Positions 1 to 11,879 of a DNA stretch of 64,000 nucleotides are shown piece after piece. Both the position numbers and the translations under genes were made by a program. The stretch's first letter is position 1. The number at the start of each line of letters is the position of its first letter. Source of the DNA: an uncultured Opitutales bacterium (GTDB taxonomy: Bacteria; Verrucomicrobiota; Verrucomicrobiia; Opitutales; Intestinicryptomonadaceae). The stretch covers positions 83,796 to 147,795 of the forward strand of contig URDC01000001.1 of NCBI GenBank assembly GCA_900546565.1, written 5' to 3'. The notes under the pieces were generated by a model. That model was not told the origin of the DNA. It ran no database searches and saw only the letters and a program-made list of their open reading frames with translations.

Positions 1-3000
1 TATATCGACCGCAGACGCCGTCGCCGTAAGTTCTTGATTACAACTTTGCTCAGGGCTTTCGGGCACAGCTCGAACCAGCAGATTATCGACTTGTTCTACA
101 AGGTCGAAACCTGGAAGGTTGCCGACGCTCTCAAACGCGAAGACTTGTTCCGCTACGTTTTGGCGGAAGCCGTCTACAATGTTCGTTCGGCGAACAGTGT
201 CGTGTTGCAGAAGGAATACGAAACGCTCACAAAACGCGCGGTAAATGAATTTAAAGAAGCGGGTATTGAAGAAATCAAGGTTATCGACACGACTGTCGAC
301 GACGGTGCGATAATCAGAGCCATCAAAAAGGACAAGACGCGCAACGAAGAGGAAGCGTTGAAGTGCATATTTATGCAGATTCGCCCGGGCGAACCCGTCA
401 ATGCGGAAAACTCGAAATCGCTCTTCCGCCGCACGCTCAGAGACGAAAAACGCTACGACTTGGGTCGCGTTGGCCGCTATAAAATCAACCAGCGTTTGGG
501 GCTCAACACGCCGCTTGACAAGCGCATTCTGACGAGCGAGGACATTGTCGAAGCCACGAAGCAGCTCTGCAAATTGAAGAAGGGCGAAGGCGTAATCGAC
601 GATATCGACAATTTGAGCTCGCGCCGCGTGCGCACTGCGGGCGAACTGCTCGCGGGGCAATGCCGCATTGGTTTGGCGAAAACCGAAAAAAATATCCGCG
701 AAAAGCTCAGCGCGACCGAGCAGGAAGACGAAATCAAGATTTCGCACCTGGTCAACGCCAAGACGATGACTTCGCAAATCCGCGACTTCTTTGCGCGCGA
801 CCAGCTTTCGCAATTTATGGACCAAATCAATCCGCTTTCGGAACTCACGCACAAAAGACGTTTGTCGGCGTTGGGCAAGGGCGGTTTGAGCAGGGAGCGC
901 GCGGGCTTCGAAGTCCGAGACGTCCACTCTTCGCACTACGGCAGAATTTGCCCGATTGAAACGCCGGAAGGCCCGAATATCGGTTTGATTAACTCGTTGT
1001 CGTCGTATGCGCGAATCAACGAATTCGGCTTTATTGAAACGCCTTACAGAAAAGTCCAGGACGGCAAGGTTCTCGACAAAATCGAATATCTCGCTGCCGA
1101 CCAGGAAGAGGGCAAGACGATAGCGCAGGCAAATAGCGAAATCGAAAACGGCAGGCTTGTGGGTCGTGTGACGGCACGCCGTCTGGACGAAGTAAGCGAA
1201 GTCGACCCGAAGGAAGTCGATTATATGGACGTTTCGCCGAAGCAGCTTGTTTCGGTTGCGGCGGGGTTGATTCCGTTCTTGGAGCACGACGACGCAAACC
1301 GCGCTTTGATGGGTGCGAACATGCAACGTCAGGGAGTGCCTCTGTTGCAGACTCAGGCTCCGTTCGTGGGAACGGGCATTGAAGGCAGTGTGGCGAAGGA
1401 CTCGAAAACCGTCGTGCTCTCGAAAAGCAAGGGGAAGGTCGCCAGTGTCGACGCAAAGCGCGTTATTGTGACTTCGAACGGCGAAATGCCCTCGAAGAAG
1501 GGTTCGGAAAAAATCAGGACGGACGAATCGAAGGGCGTTTATGTTTACGAGTTGCGCAAGTTTATGCGCTCGAACAATTGCACCTGTTTTACGCAGAAGC
1601 CCGTTGTCAAGAAGGGTCAGTTTGTAAATGTCGGCTCGGTTATAGCCGACGGCGCGGCGACCGAAGACGGCGAATTGGCGTTGGGCAAAAACGTTCTGGT
1701 GGCGTTTATGCCTTGGAACGGATACAACTTCGAAGACGCTATTTTGCTTTCGGAAAAGCTCATTAAAAACGACGTGTTCACTTCGCTCCACATTGAAGAC
1801 TACGAATGCACGGCGCGCGATACGAAACTCGGTATGGAGGAAATTACGCGCGATATTCCGAATGTCGGCGAAGAGGCGTTGAAGAATCTCGACGCCGAAG
1901 GCGTTATTCGCGTGGGCGCGGAAGTCAAGCCGGGCGACATTTTGGTCGGCAAAATCACGCCGAAGAGCGAAACGGAACTCGCGCCCGAAGAAAAGCTTTT
2001 GAGGGCGATTTTCGGCGAGAAGGCCTCGGACGTCAAGGATTCGTCTTTGACTGTTCCCTCGGGCGTCAAGGGTATTGTCATGGACGTTAAAGTGAACCGC
2101 AAGTCGGAACACGAAAACGAAAAGCAGAACCCGAGCGACCGCCGTCGCAGAATCAGAAAAATCAACGAAAAGCACCGCACTGATACAAAGAATTTGCATG
2201 CCGAACTGACGGAGGCGTTGTCGAACATTCTCTTGGGCGAAAAGATTCCGCTCGATGTCCGCAACTCGGAAACCGGCGAAGTAATCATTCCGCAAAACAG
2301 GAAGATTACGAAGACGTTGCTCAGAAGTTTGGCTTCGGTTCCGAACCAGATTTCGATTGAAGCCTCGCCCGTGCGCAACAAGATTATGGCAATTGTCGAG
2401 CAGTTCCAGTCGAAATTCCAGGAAATCGACAACGAGCGCGACAGGCAGCTTTATTCCGCCGAAAGCGGCATTTCGAGCGAAAACAACGTTATCCGCTCGG
2501 TCAAGGTTTACATTGCAATCAAGCGCAAGATTCAGGTCGGCGACAAAATGGCGGGACGCCACGGCAACAAGGGCATTGTCGCCCGCATTGTTCCCGAAGA
2601 AGATATGCCGTATCTGCCCGACGGAACGCCCGTCGAAATCTGTTTGAATCCTATGGGCGTTCCTTCGCGAATGAACGTGGGGCAGGTTTTGGAAACGCAC
2701 TTGGGCTGGGCTTGCAAAAAGCTCGGGATCAAGGTTGCGACGCCGATTTTCGACGGTATCAGCGAAAAGCACATCAGAGAATACCTCGTGCAGTCGGGCA
2801 TGCCCGAAAGCGGCAAGGTTCGCCTTATCGACGGTTTGACGGGCGACTATTTCGACCAGGACGTCGTTGTAGGCTACATCTATATGATGAAGCTCAACCA
2901 CTTGGTTGCCGACAAGATTCACGCCCGCGCGGTCGGTCCATACAGTCTGATTACGCAGCAGCCGTTGGGCGGCAAGGCGCAATACGGCGGCCAGCGTTTC

Positions 3001-3237
3001 GGCGAAATGGAAGTTTGGGCACTCGAAGCCTACGGTGCGGCCTACATCTTGCAGGAATTGTTGACGGTAAAATCCGACGACTTGCAGGGCAGAACGAAGA
3101 TTTACGAACAGCTCGTCAAGGGCGATGGTTCGTTGCAGGCGGGAACGCCGCAGTCGTTCAATGTCCTGATGAAGGAAATTCAGGCGTTGGGCTTGGACGT
3201 CAAATTGCGCAACAAGGACGAAGAACAGGAACAATAA
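1..3237 (+). CDS. rpoB: DNA-directed RNA polymerase beta subunit, 5'-truncated at window edge (C-terminal ~1078 aa)
   Basis: The frame is open from position 1. Translation carries canonical RpoB C-terminal motifs (GEMEVWALEAYGAAY, NPLSELTHKRRLSALG, HYGRICPIETPEG). rpoC follows 24 nt downstream. Confidence 0.95.
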   Translation, partial: YIDRRRRRRKFLITTLLRAFGHSSNQQIIDLFYKVETWKVADALKREDLFRYVLAEAVYNVRSANSVVLQKEYETLTKRAVNEFKEAGIEEIKVIDTTVDDGAIIRAIKKDKTRNEEEALKCIFMQIRPGEPVNAENSKSLFRRTLRDEKRYDLGRVGRYKINQRLGLNTPLDKRILTSEDIVEATKQLCKLKKGEGVIDDIDNLSSRRVRTAGELLAGQCRIGLAKTEKNIREKLSATEQEDEIKISHLVNAKTMTSQIRDFFARDQLSQFMDQINPLSELTHKRRLSALGKGGLSRERAGFEVRDVHSSHYGRICPIETPEGPNIGLINSLSSYARINEFGFIETPYRKVQDGKVLDKIEYLAADQEEGKTIAQANSEIENGRLVGRVTARRLDEVSEVDPKEVDYMDVSPKQLVSVAAGLIPFLEHDDANRALMGANMQRQGVPLLQTQAPFVGTGIEGSVAKDSKTVVLSKSKGKVASVDAKRVIVTSNGEMPSKKGSEKIRTDESKGVYVYELRKFMRSNNCTCFTQKPVVKKGQFVNVGSVIADGAATEDGELALGKNVLVAFMPWNGYNFEDAILLSEKLIKNDVFTSLHIEDYECTARDTKLGMEEITRDIPNVGEEALKNLDAEGVIRVGAEVKPGDILVGKITPKSETELAPEEKLLRAIFGEKASDVKDSSLTVPSGVKGIVMDVKVNRKSEHENEKQNPSDRRRRIRKINEKHRTDTKNLHAELTEALSNILLGEKIPLDVRNSETGEVIIPQNRKITKTLLRSLASVPNQISIEASPVRNKIMAIVEQFQSKFQEIDNERDRQLYSAESGISSENNVIRSVKVYIAIKRKIQVGDKMAGRHGNKGIVARIVPEEDMPYLPDGTPVEICLNPMGVPSRMNVGQVLETHLGWACKKLGIKVATPIFDGISEKHIREYLVQSGMPESGKVRLIDGLTGDYFDQDVVVGYIYMMKLNHLVADKIHARAVGPYSLITQQPLGGKAQYGGQRFGEMEVWALEAYGAAYILQELLTVKSDDLQGRTKIYEQLVKGDGSLQAGTPQSFNVLMKEIQALGLDVKLRNKDEEQEQ

Positions 3238-3261
3238 TCCGAATTTAGGAGCGTTTTTTAT

Positions 3262-6200
3262 ATGGAAGAAAATAACAACACAAATCAGGCGAGAGAAATC
3301 CTTGGTTTCGACAGCGATAAGAGATTTGATTGCGTGTCCATCGGCCTTGCGTCTCCGGAGACCATTAGAGAGTGGTCGCACGGCGAAGTGAAAAACCCCG
3401 AAACAATCAATTACAGAACGTTCAAGCCCGAAGTCGGCGGTCTGTTCTGCCAAAAGATTTTCGGCCCCGTGCGCGACTACGAATGCGCCTGCGGCAAGTA
3501 TAAAAGAATCAGATTTAAGGATCAGGTTTGCGACCGTTGCGGTGTAGAAGTCACGACAAGCCGCGTGCGTCGCGAGCGCATGGGGCATATCGAACTTGCC
3601 GTCCCCGTCGCGCACATCTGGTTTTTGAAGAGCCTGCCGAGCCGTTTGGGCTTGATGCTCGATATGACTTCGAAGCAGCTCGAAGCCGTGATTTACTATG
3701 AACGCTATGTGGTGCTCAACAAGCGCAACACGTCGTTCGAAGACCGCCAATTCCTCACGGAAGAGGAATACCGTAAGGCCCGTGACGAAGGCGACGAATT
3801 CGACGCGAAAATGGGCGCGGAGGCAATCTACGATTTGCTCGCGGCCATCGACCTCGAAAAGCTCGAAACTGAACTTGTCGAGCAGATGAAAGTTACGCGC
3901 TCGAAGCAGATTAAAAACAAGCTTTCGAAGCGTTTGAAGCTGGTGCAGGGCTTTATACAGAGCAATTCGCGCCCCGAATGGATGATTTTGAAGGTTCTGC
4001 CCGTCATTCCGCCGGACTTGCGTCCGCTCGTCCCCCTCGAAGGCGGCAGATTCGCCACGAGCGATTTGAACGACCTTTACCGCCGCGTAATCAACCGCAA
4101 CAACCGTTTGAAGTCGTTGAAGGCGATGAAGACGCCCGACGTTATCTTGCACAACGAAATGCGTATGTTGCAGGAATCGGTCGACGCTCTGTTTGACAAC
4201 GGCCGCCACGGCAGACCCGTCACGGGCGCGGGCAACAGGGAGCTGAAAAGTATTTCCAGTATGCTCAAAGGCAAGCAGGGGCGTTTCCGCCAGAACTTGC
4301 TCGGCAAGCGCGTAGACTATTCCGGGCGTTCGGTTATCGTTATCGGGCCGGATTTAAAGCTCAACCAGTGCGGCTTGCCCAAGAAAATGGCTTTGACGCT
4401 CTTCGAACCGTTCATTATCCGCCGCTTGAAGGAACTCGGCTTTGTGCACACTGTCCGCAGCGCGCGCAAGATGATTGAAAAGAAGTCGCCCGAAGTTTGG
4501 GATATTTTGGAGGAGGTCACGAAAGGCCACCCCGTTATGCTCAACCGTGCGCCGACTTTGCACCGACTTTCAATTCAGGCGTTCGAGCCCGTGCTTATAG
4601 AAGGCGATGCCATCCGCTTGCACCCCCTCGTTTGCGCGGCATACAATGCGGACTTCGACGGCGACCAGATGGCTGTCCACGTTCCGCTTTCAATCGAAGC
4701 GGTTATGGAGGCGAAGCTTTTGATGTTGGCAAGCAACAACATTTTCTCGCCCTCGTCGGGCAAGCCTATTTTGACGCCTTCGCAGGACATTATTTTGGGC
4801 GTTTACTTCCTCACCTACGAGCCGAGCTTGAAGAAGGAAAAAGGTCAGCGTGTTCCCTTGTTGGCGTCTTTGCGCGAAGTTTTGGGTGCACACGCCGAAG
4901 GCATGCTGCACTGGCACGATTGGATTGACTATGTCAACCCCGACTATGGCAAGGAAACGCTCCACGGCGATGCGACAAAGAAGATTATCCGCACGACCCC
5001 AGGCCGCGTTATCTTCAACACCATTTGGCCCGAAAAAATGGGCTTTGTAAACGCGCTCGTCCCCAAGGGCAAGCTCTCGGAATTGATTTTGGACACGTTC
5101 AACATCTGCGGCAGAACGGGCAGTGCGCCCGTGCTCGACAGAATGAAGACTTTGGGCTTCCGCACGGCTACGCTGGCGGGTATTTCAATCGGTATCGGCG
5201 ACATGAACATTCCCGCCGAGAAGAAGGACATTATTGCCGCCGCCCGCGCGAAAATCAAGGCTGTCGAAAACGAATACAGTATGGGCACTATCACCAAGGG
5301 CGAACGTTCCAACAAGGTTATCGATATTTGGAACGTCGCGACCGAGGAAATCGCGAAAAAGGCGTTTGAAAATCTCGAAAGGGTTCCCGAAAAGACGTTC
5401 GGCCGCCAGCACATCAACCCCGTTTACGTTTTGATGAATTCGGGTGCCCGCGGTAACAAGGCTCAGGTTCGCCAGCTCTGCGGAGCACGCGGTTTGATGG
5501 CAAAGCCCAACGGCGAAATTATCGAACGTCCTATTTTGTCTTCGTTCCGCGAAGGGTTGAGCGTTCACGAATACTTTATTTCGACGCACGGCGCGCGCAA
5601 AGGTTTGGCGGATACGGCTCTTAAAACCGCCGACGCCGGTTATATGACCAGAAAACTTTGCGACGTCGCTATGGACGTAATCATTGCAGAGGAAGACGAC
5701 GGCAACCGTGACGGTATCACGAAACGCGCGATATTCGACGGCGACGACGAAATCGTGCCGTTGCGCGACAGAATTATCGGACGCTGTTCGAGCAAGGACA
5801 TCGTCGACCCGACAAATCCGTCGCAGTTCATCGTCCGCGCGGGCGACATCATCACAGAGGAAGACGCCAAGAGAATCGACTTTGTGGGCATAACCGAAGT
5901 CAAGGTTATGAGCCCGATTACGCACCTCAAACGCAACTCGATTTCGGCGAGGGCATACGGTATCGACCCGTCGACGCAGAAGCTTGTGGAGCGCGGCACG
6001 GCTGTCGGTATTATCGCGGCTCAGTCAATCGGCGAGCCGGGCACGCAGCTTACGATGCGCACGTTCCACGTTGGCGGTGTTGCGCAGGCTGTCAAAGCAC
6101 CCGAAATCCGCGTAAAGCACAGCGGTATTATCCGTTATGAGGGGTTGAGAAGCGTTCAGTTGAATTATCAGGACCCCGCAACGGGCAAACCCGCTTCGAC

Positions 6201-7440
6201 AAACGTCGTCCTCAACAAGACTGGCGTTGTCAAGATTCTCGACGACGACAACAAGGAGCTTGAAAACTTCAAGATTGTCCAAGGGGCGATGATTTCGGCA
6301 AACGACGGCGACAGGGTTCAGAAGGGGCAGCTCATTGCGCGTTGGGACCCGCACAGTGTTCCGATTTTGTCGGATAAGGCGGGTGTGGTGAAATACAAGG
6401 ATATGACCGACGGCATCACCTACCGCAGCGATTTCGACGCCGCCACGGGCAGGAGCACTATCGTCATTTCCGAGCACAAGGAAGACCTCGATCCGCGCAT
6501 CGAAATTTGGGATGCAAAGATAAACAAGAGCGAACCTATCGGTATTTTCAAGATTCCCACGGGCGCGCAGGTTGCGGTCGAAGACGGGCAGAAGATTGTC
6601 TCGGGTATGGTTATCGCGAAAACTCCGCGTTCGGCGGCAAAAACGCAGGACATCACGGGCGGCTTGCCGCGCGTGTCCGAATTGTTCGAAGCCCGCCGTC
6701 CGAAGGACGCCGCCGAAATGGCGCGCGTTGCGGGCAAGGTCGCCGAAGGCAAGACGAACCGCAAGAAGAAGTGCATCGAAATCAGGGACGAAAACGACGA
6801 AGTTATCGACAAGTACCAGATCCCGACAAGCAAGCGCATTATCGTTCAGGACGGCGAATATGTCGAAAAGGGACAGCCGCTGACCGACGGCGGTTTCGAC
6901 CCGAAGGAAATTTTGGAAATCAAGGGCAAAGAAGCCGTTCAGGAGCACATTTTGTGCGAAATCCAGAAGGTTTACCGCTCGCAGGGTGTCACAATTAACG
7001 ACAAGCACATCGAAGTTATCATTTCGAGAATGTTGCGCAAGGTCAAGGTTGTCGACACGGGCGACTCGGACTACTTCTGGGGCGAACAGGTCGACGGCTA
7101 CGAATTTGCCGAAACCCAAAAGCGCATCATCGAGGCGGGCGGTAATCCCGCGAAGTGCGAGCCGATTTTGCTCGGCATCACAAAGGCTTCGCTCGAAACC
7201 GAAAGCTTCATCAGCGCGGCGTCGTTCCAGGAAACGACAAAGGTGCTCACCGAAGCCGCAACGCTCGGCAAGGTCGACAACCTCGAAGGTTTCAAGGAAA
7301 ATGTCATTATGGGTAATCTCATTCCTGCGGGGACGGGCTTGGCCGCCTACCGCCGCTTGAAGGTTATTCCGACCGCGCCCGAAATTGAATTGGACGACGA
7401 ACAGGACGTCCAGCCCGTTTCGGAATCGGCGCAGGAATAA
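3262..7440 (+). CDS. rpoC: DNA-directed RNA polymerase beta' subunit
   Basis: 1392-aa ORF with the zinc-finger CxxC pairs near the N-terminus, the catalytic NADFDGD motif and other beta' hallmarks. It lies immediately downstream of rpoB. Confidence 0.96.
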   Translation: MEENNNTNQAREILGFDSDKRFDCVSIGLASPETIREWSHGEVKNPETINYRTFKPEVGGLFCQKIFGPVRDYECACGKYKRIRFKDQVCDRCGVEVTTSRVRRERMGHIELAVPVAHIWFLKSLPSRLGLMLDMTSKQLEAVIYYERYVVLNKRNTSFEDRQFLTEEEYRKARDEGDEFDAKMGAEAIYDLLAAIDLEKLETELVEQMKVTRSKQIKNKLSKRLKLVQGFIQSNSRPEWMILKVLPVIPPDLRPLVPLEGGRFATSDLNDLYRRVINRNNRLKSLKAMKTPDVILHNEMRMLQESVDALFDNGRHGRPVTGAGNRELKSISSMLKGKQGRFRQNLLGKRVDYSGRSVIVIGPDLKLNQCGLPKKMALTLFEPFIIRRLKELGFVHTVRSARKMIEKKSPEVWDILEEVTKGHPVMLNRAPTLHRLSIQAFEPVLIEGDAIRLHPLVCAAYNADFDGDQMAVHVPLSIEAVMEAKLLMLASNNIFSPSSGKPILTPSQDIILGVYFLTYEPSLKKEKGQRVPLLASLREVLGAHAEGMLHWHDWIDYVNPDYGKETLHGDATKKIIRTTPGRVIFNTIWPEKMGFVNALVPKGKLSELILDTFNICGRTGSAPVLDRMKTLGFRTATLAGISIGIGDMNIPAEKKDIIAAARAKIKAVENEYSMGTITKGERSNKVIDIWNVATEEIAKKAFENLERVPEKTFGRQHINPVYVLMNSGARGNKAQVRQLCGARGLMAKPNGEIIERPILSSFREGLSVHEYFISTHGARKGLADTALKTADAGYMTRKLCDVAMDVIIAEEDDGNRDGITKRAIFDGDDEIVPLRDRIIGRCSSKDIVDPTNPSQFIVRAGDIITEEDAKRIDFVGITEVKVMSPITHLKRNSISARAYGIDPSTQKLVERGTAVGIIAAQSIGEPGTQLTMRTFHVGGVAQAVKAPEIRVKHSGIIRYEGLRSVQLNYQDPATGKPASTNVVLNKTGVVKILDDDNKELENFKIVQGAMISANDGDRVQKGQLIARWDPHSVPILSDKAGVVKYKDMTDGITYRSDFDAATGRSTIVISEHKEDLDPRIEIWDAKINKSEPIGIFKIPTGAQVAVEDGQKIVSGMVIAKTPRSAAKTQDITGGLPRVSELFEARRPKDAAEMARVAGKVAEGKTNRKKKCIEIRDENDEVIDKYQIPTSKRIIVQDGEYVEKGQPLTDGGFDPKEILEIKGKEAVQEHILCEIQKVYRSQGVTINDKHIEVIISRMLRKVKVVDTGDSDYFWGEQVDGYEFAETQKRIIEAGGNPAKCEPILLGITKASLETESFISAASFQETTKVLTEAATLGKVDNLEGFKENVIMGNLIPAGTGLAAYRRLKVIPTAPEIELDDEQDVQPVSESAQE

Positions 7441-7647
7441 GCAAAAGCTTTTGACAGAGCAGATGCGGCGGGGTTGTCGGAAAACCGACCGAAGCCGCCG
7501 TATTTCGCAAAAAATCTCGGAGGATTTTTTTGAAAAAATTTTTCGGAAAGTTTGCTGTCCAGTGCAAAGTAGCTGGCGCGGGGTTCGAAAAAAAAGCGAA
7601 AAATCAGCCGACAGAACAAAAAAAATCGTAAAAATCTATAAAAAAAC

Positions 7648-7676
7648 TTGCCAAAGGAAAAATGTTCAATACATTT
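7648..7676 (+). promoter_or_regulatory. candidate sigma70-type promoter for the rpsL-rpsG-fusA-rpsJ unit
   Basis: TTGCCA, 16 nt, TACATT in the AT-rich rpoC-rpsL spacer, ~35 nt before the rpsL ATG. Confidence 0.3.
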
Positions 7677-7708
7677 CCCCCTTTCATTTTTATCAAAATA
7701 AACAAAAT

Positions 7709-8089
7709 ATGCCTACAATAAATCAATTAGTTCGCAAGCCGAGAACCCTCGTAAAAGCTAAGACGAAGGCTCCCGCGCTCAAATCTAATCCGTTTCGCCG
7801 CGGCGTATGCGTTCAGGTTATGACCAGAACGCCGAAAAAGCCTAATTCGGCTATCCGCAAAGTGGCGAAAGTGCGTCTGACTTCGGGTTTCGAAGTTATT
7901 GCTTACATTCCCGACGAAGGTCACTCGTTGCAGGAGCACAGTGTTGTGCTGGTGCGCGGCGGCCGTGTCAAGGACTTGCCCGGTGTCCGTTACCACATCG
8001 TGCGCGGTTCTCTCGACTGCATGGGTGTTGAAAAACGCCGCAGAAGCCGCTCGAAATACGGCGTAAAGCGTCCCAAGGAAAAGAAATAA
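7709..8089 (+). CDS. rpsL: 30S ribosomal protein S12
   Basis: Starts [12 protein letters not shown]..., the textbook S12 N-terminus. The ATG at 7709 is in frame with the longer tabulated ORF (7385..8089), whose upstream part has no S12 similarity. Confidence 0.93.
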   Translation: MPTINQLVRKPRTLVKAKTKAPALKSNPFRRGVCVQVMTRTPKKPNSAIRKVAKVRLTSGFEVIAYIPDEGHSLQEHSVVLVRGGRVKDLPGVRYHIVRGSLDCMGVEKRRRSRSKYGVKRPKEKK

Positions 8090-8120
8090 ATTTTAACATT
8101 AAAAGATAAGGCGAAATAAT

Positions 8121-8594
8121 ATGTCACGCAGACACAGAGCTGAAAAAAGAGAACGTATACCTGATTCCCGCTACAAGAGTCCGTTGGTTAGCCACCTCAT
8201 CAATATGGTGATGAAGAACGGCAAGAAAACGGTTGCCGAACGCATCGTTTACGGCGCAATCGAACTTGTCAGCGAAAAACTCGAGAAGGGCGACCCGATT
8301 GATTTGTTGTTAGGCGCATTGGAAAATATCCGCCCCAAGCTCGAAGTAAAAAGCCGCCGCGTTGGTGGCGCAACTTATCAGGTCCCCGTCGAAGTCTCGT
8401 TCGATCGCCAGCAGACATTGGCGTTCCGTTGGCTTATCGAAGCCGCGAGTTCCAGAAAGGGCGTTCCCATGGCGAAAGCCTTGGCCAACGAACTTGTCGA
8501 CGCTTACAACAATACGGGCACGGTTGTCAAGAAGCGCGAAGACGTGCACAAGATGGCGCAGTCCAACAGGGCTTTTGCGCACCTGCGCTGGTGA
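8121..8594 (+). CDS. rpsG: 30S ribosomal protein S7
   Basis: 157 aa beginning MSRRHRAEKRE...; standard str-operon order after rpsL. Confidence 0.94.
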   Translation: MSRRHRAEKRERIPDSRYKSPLVSHLINMVMKNGKKTVAERIVYGAIELVSEKLEKGDPIDLLLGALENIRPKLEVKSRRVGGATYQVPVEVSFDRQQTLAFRWLIEAASSRKGVPMAKALANELVDAYNNTGTVVKKREDVHKMAQSNRAFAHLRW

Positions 8595-8641
8595 GTTCGA
8601 CCGTATCGGTTTTACAATTTTACAAAGAAAGCTTACTATAA

Positions 8642-10798
8642 ATGGCAAACTTATCTGAAAAAAATTCGCCGAACAGGGTCAAGCCCTTGGAATACACGAG
8701 AAACATCGGTATTTCGGCGCACATCGACGCGGGCAAAACAACTTGCTCGGAACGTATATTGTTTTATAGCGGCGTAGTCCACAAGATTGGCGAAGTTCAC
8801 GAAGGCACGGCTGTCACAGACTGGATGGAGCAGGAACGCGAACGCGGCATAACCATTACGTCGTCGGCTATCACTTGCAACTGGAAGACCAAAGACGGTC
8901 CGTTCAAGGGTATCGAACACCAGATCAACCTCATCGACACCCCTGGACACGTCGACTTCACCGCCGAAGTTGAACGTTCGCTGCGTGTTCTCGACGGTGC
9001 AATCGCGGTATTCTGCGCGGTCGCGGGCGTCCAGCCCCAGTCCGAAACGGTTTGGCGTCAGATGAACAAGTACCACGTTCCCCGCATTGCGTTCATCAAC
9101 AAGATGGACAGAACGGGCGCGGACTTCTACGGCGCGGTCGAAGACATCAAAACAAAGCTCAGCGGCAATCCCCATCCGTTGTTCCTCCCCATTGGCGCGG
9201 AAGACCAGCTCAAAGGCCTGATAGACCTCATTGCGATGAAGGCCTATGTCTATGACGAAAACGACCCGCAGGGCGTCAAGTACGACACCGTTGAAATTCC
9301 CGCCGAATACAAGGAAAAGGCGGAACAATACAGAGCCGAACTTATCGAAGCCATTGCCGATTTCGACGACGGCATTATGGAAAGATTCCTCGAAGGCGAA
9401 ACAAACTTCACGGAAGACGAACTCCGCTTGGGCGTTCGTAAGGCTACGTTGTCGCTAAACTTCGTTGGTGTTGTTCCCGGTTCGGCGTTCAAGAACAAGG
9501 GCGTTCAGATGTTGCTCGACGCGGTTGTCGACTACCTCCCCAGTCCGCTCGATGTTCCCCCGATTAAGGCTTACGGCGAAGACGACGAAGACACGCCCTC
9601 GCTGGAAATCGTCCCCGACGACTTCGCGCCTCCGACGGCTTTGGCTTTCAAATTGTGGTCCGACCCGTTCGTCGGCAAACTCGTATTTATCCGCGTATAC
9701 AGCGGCTGCATAAAGAAGGGTATGACAATTTACAACCCGCGTTCGCGCAAAACCGAACGTATCTCGCGCTTGCTCGTTATCAAGGCGGACAAGAGGGACG
9801 ATATCGAAGAGGCATACTCGGGCGCAATCTGCGCGATTATCGGCGCGAAGGACATCGTAACGGGCGACACTCTCTGCGACAGAGACCACGAAGTCCGTCT
9901 CGAACCTCCGACATTCCCCGAGCCGGTTATCGCTATGAGCATTGAGCCCAAGAGCAAAGCCGACCAGGAAAAGCTATCGATTGCCTTGCAGCGTTTGGCG
10001 GAAGAAGACCCGACGTTCGTCGTCACGACGAATCAGGAAACGGGGCAGACGCTTATCGCAGGTATGGGTGAGTTGCACCTCGATATCATCAGAGACCGTC
10101 TTTTCAGAGAGTTTAAGGTCGAAGCAGACTCGGGCAAGCCCCAGATTGCTTACAGGGAAACGATTACCAAGAAGGCGCACGGCGTCGGCAAATTCGTCCG
10201 TCAGTCGGGCGGTCGCGGTCAATACGGCCACGCGGAAATCGAACTCGAACCGCTCGAAAAGGGCAAGCACTACGAATTCGTCAACGAAATTGTCGGCGGC
10301 GTAATCCCGAAGGAATACATCAAGCCGACGGAAGACGGTATCAAGGAAGCTATGATAAACGGCGTCGTGGCGGGGTATCCTGTTGTGGACGTCAAGGTTC
10401 GCTTGGTATTCGGTTCGTTCCACGAAGTCGACTCTTCGGAAATGGCGTTCAAAATGGCGGGTATTTTTGCCTTCAAAGACGCTATGAAGAATGCGAACCC
10501 GATTTTGCTTGAACCGATTATGAAGGTTGAAGTTACGACTCCGAACGAGTATCAGGGCGACGTTATGGGCGATATCAACCGCCGTCGCGGACAGGTTCAG
10601 GGTATGGAAACGAAGGGCAACGATACAATCATCAGAGCTTTCGTTCCGCTCGAAACAATGTTCGGCTACGCTACGGACATTCGCTCGCTTTCAAGCGGCC
10701 GCGCTTCGTATTCGATGGAACCGAGCCACTTTGAACAAGTTCCCGCGGCAGTCTTGAAGCAAGTTCAGGAAGGCGCCGCGCGCAAAACACAAAGATAA
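8642..10798 (+). CDS. fusA: elongation factor G
   Basis: 718 aa with the GTPase G-motifs ([21 protein letters not shown]) and an EF-G domain IV/V-like C-terminus. Confidence 0.95.
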   Translation: MANLSEKNSPNRVKPLEYTRNIGISAHIDAGKTTCSERILFYSGVVHKIGEVHEGTAVTDWMEQERERGITITSSAITCNWKTKDGPFKGIEHQINLIDTPGHVDFTAEVERSLRVLDGAIAVFCAVAGVQPQSETVWRQMNKYHVPRIAFINKMDRTGADFYGAVEDIKTKLSGNPHPLFLPIGAEDQLKGLIDLIAMKAYVYDENDPQGVKYDTVEIPAEYKEKAEQYRAELIEAIADFDDGIMERFLEGETNFTEDELRLGVRKATLSLNFVGVVPGSAFKNKGVQMLLDAVVDYLPSPLDVPPIKAYGEDDEDTPSLEIVPDDFAPPTALAFKLWSDPFVGKLVFIRVYSGCIKKGMTIYNPRSRKTERISRLLVIKADKRDDIEEAYSGAICAIIGAKDIVTGDTLCDRDHEVRLEPPTFPEPVIAMSIEPKSKADQEKLSIALQRLAEEDPTFVVTTNQETGQTLIAGMGELHLDIIRDRLFREFKVEADSGKPQIAYRETITKKAHGVGKFVRQSGGRGQYGHAEIELEPLEKGKHYEFVNEIVGGVIPKEYIKPTEDGIKEAMINGVVAGYPVVDVKVRLVFGSFHEVDSSEMAFKMAGIFAFKDAMKNANPILLEPIMKVEVTTPNEYQGDVMGDINRRRGQVQGMETKGNDTIIRAFVPLETMFGYATDIRSLSSGRASYSMEPSHFEQVPAAVLKQVQEGAARKTQR

Positions 10799-10821
10799 TC
10801 AAATTTTGAAGAGAAAATAAT

Positions 10822-11130
10822 ATGGCTACTCAGAGAATTAGAATAAAGCTCAAAGGCTATGACTTCCGCACGATAGACCAAAGCGCGGGCGAAATTGTCG
10901 AAACGGCTAAAAGAACAGGAGCGAGAGTCTCGGGCCCCGTTCCGCTTCCGACGAAAATCGAAAAATATTCGGTGAATCGTTCGGTTCACGTCGACAAGAA
11001 GAGTATGGAGCAATTTGAATTGCGCACGCACAAGCGTTTGATTGACATTGTTAATCCTACGCCCAACACGGTTGACGAGCTTAAAAAGCTCAATCTCCCC
11101 AGTGGTGTTGACATTACAATCAATGTATAA
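10822..11130 (+). CDS. rpsJ: 30S ribosomal protein S10
   Basis: 102 aa beginning [14 protein letters not shown]..., a typical S10 (NusE). It follows fusA after 23 nt with no tuf gene between them. Confidence 0.94.
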   Translation: MATQRIRIKLKGYDFRTIDQSAGEIVETAKRTGARVSGPVPLPTKIEKYSVNRSVHVDKKSMEQFELRTHKRLIDIVNPTPNTVDELKKLNLPSGVDITINV

Positions 11131-11139
11131 TTGATTGTA

Positions 11140-11440
11140 ATTCCTGAGGTGTGGCGTGGATTGAATTTTCCTGCTACGCCTCTTAGCTCTCCGAGGTGTG
11201 GCGTGGATTGAATTTCCCTGTTATGCCTCTTAGCTTTCCGAAGTGTGGCGGATTTTTTATTTCCCGTCCGGCTTCTGACTCTCTGAGGTGTGGCGAGGAG
11301 TTAAGTTCCCTGTCGCGCTTTGGTGCGGAGGAGAGCGCGGCGATGGTTTAAGTTCCGTGTCGCGCTTCGGTTCTGAGGAGAGTGTGGCGGATTTTATATG
11401 CGCCGAGTTCTCGTTCGGATTGGCGGTGTGGATTTTTTTC
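11140..11440. repeat. degenerate tandem-repeat array of ~46-48-bp units with core GAGGTGTGGCG(T/A)GGATTGAATTT(T/C)CCTG
   Basis: The GTGTGGCG core recurs at ~11149, 11197, 11243, 11288 and 11382, with a degenerate copy at ~11424. Neighbouring units share 35-40 of 48 nt. It sits in the 750-bp rpsJ-rplC spacer. Confidence 0.8.
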
Positions 11441-11879
11441 GCGCAGCTGATTTGGAGAGGCGGAAGTTCTTTTTAGCTGGTGTGCACGAATTGGCTTTGA
11501 TTTTTGCAAAGTCGGAGGCGTGTATGTTTGCTTTTCGGCGTGAGCCTCGGTGGAAATCGGGCTTGTGTCTTATACATTTTTTACAAATTTTGGCGTAAAT
11601 TTTTTGAAGCATCTGTTCGGGATTTTTCCCAAAAAGAGCAGAGAACCGAAAAGTTTACGCGATATTTGTCGAAAAATTTTGCTAAAAACAAAAAAATTTG
11701 TTGACAGGGTTTATGTTTTTATCAACATTGTGCCCTTTACAAATTTTATCAACCAAAACAACTAAAGCAGGTTTAAAGGGGTTTGGCATTGTAGAAACTC
11801 TCCGAAAGGGTGCGGACAAACTGTTGTTCGGCTGAAATCGGGGTTTTGAAGATGTGAAATTCCGCCTGCCGCTTAGAAA

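Noticed and set aside
6025-7119. 364-aa minus-strand ORF antisense to rpoC
   Set aside because: It is fully embedded opposite a well-supported conserved gene. Its translation is Ala/Arg/Val-rich low-complexity typical of antisense frames in GC-rich DNA, with no start context.
7385-7708. Upstream part of the tabulated 234-aa ORF containing rpsL
   Set aside because: It starts inside the rpoC 3' end and spans the AT-rich promoter spacer. S12 homology begins only at the Met at 7709.
11140-11440. Possible CRISPR array in the rpsJ-rplC spacer
   Set aside because: The units are contiguous, degenerate (~75-85% identity) and have no unique spacers of regular length. No cas genes are nearby. This is a tandem minisatellite, not CRISPR.
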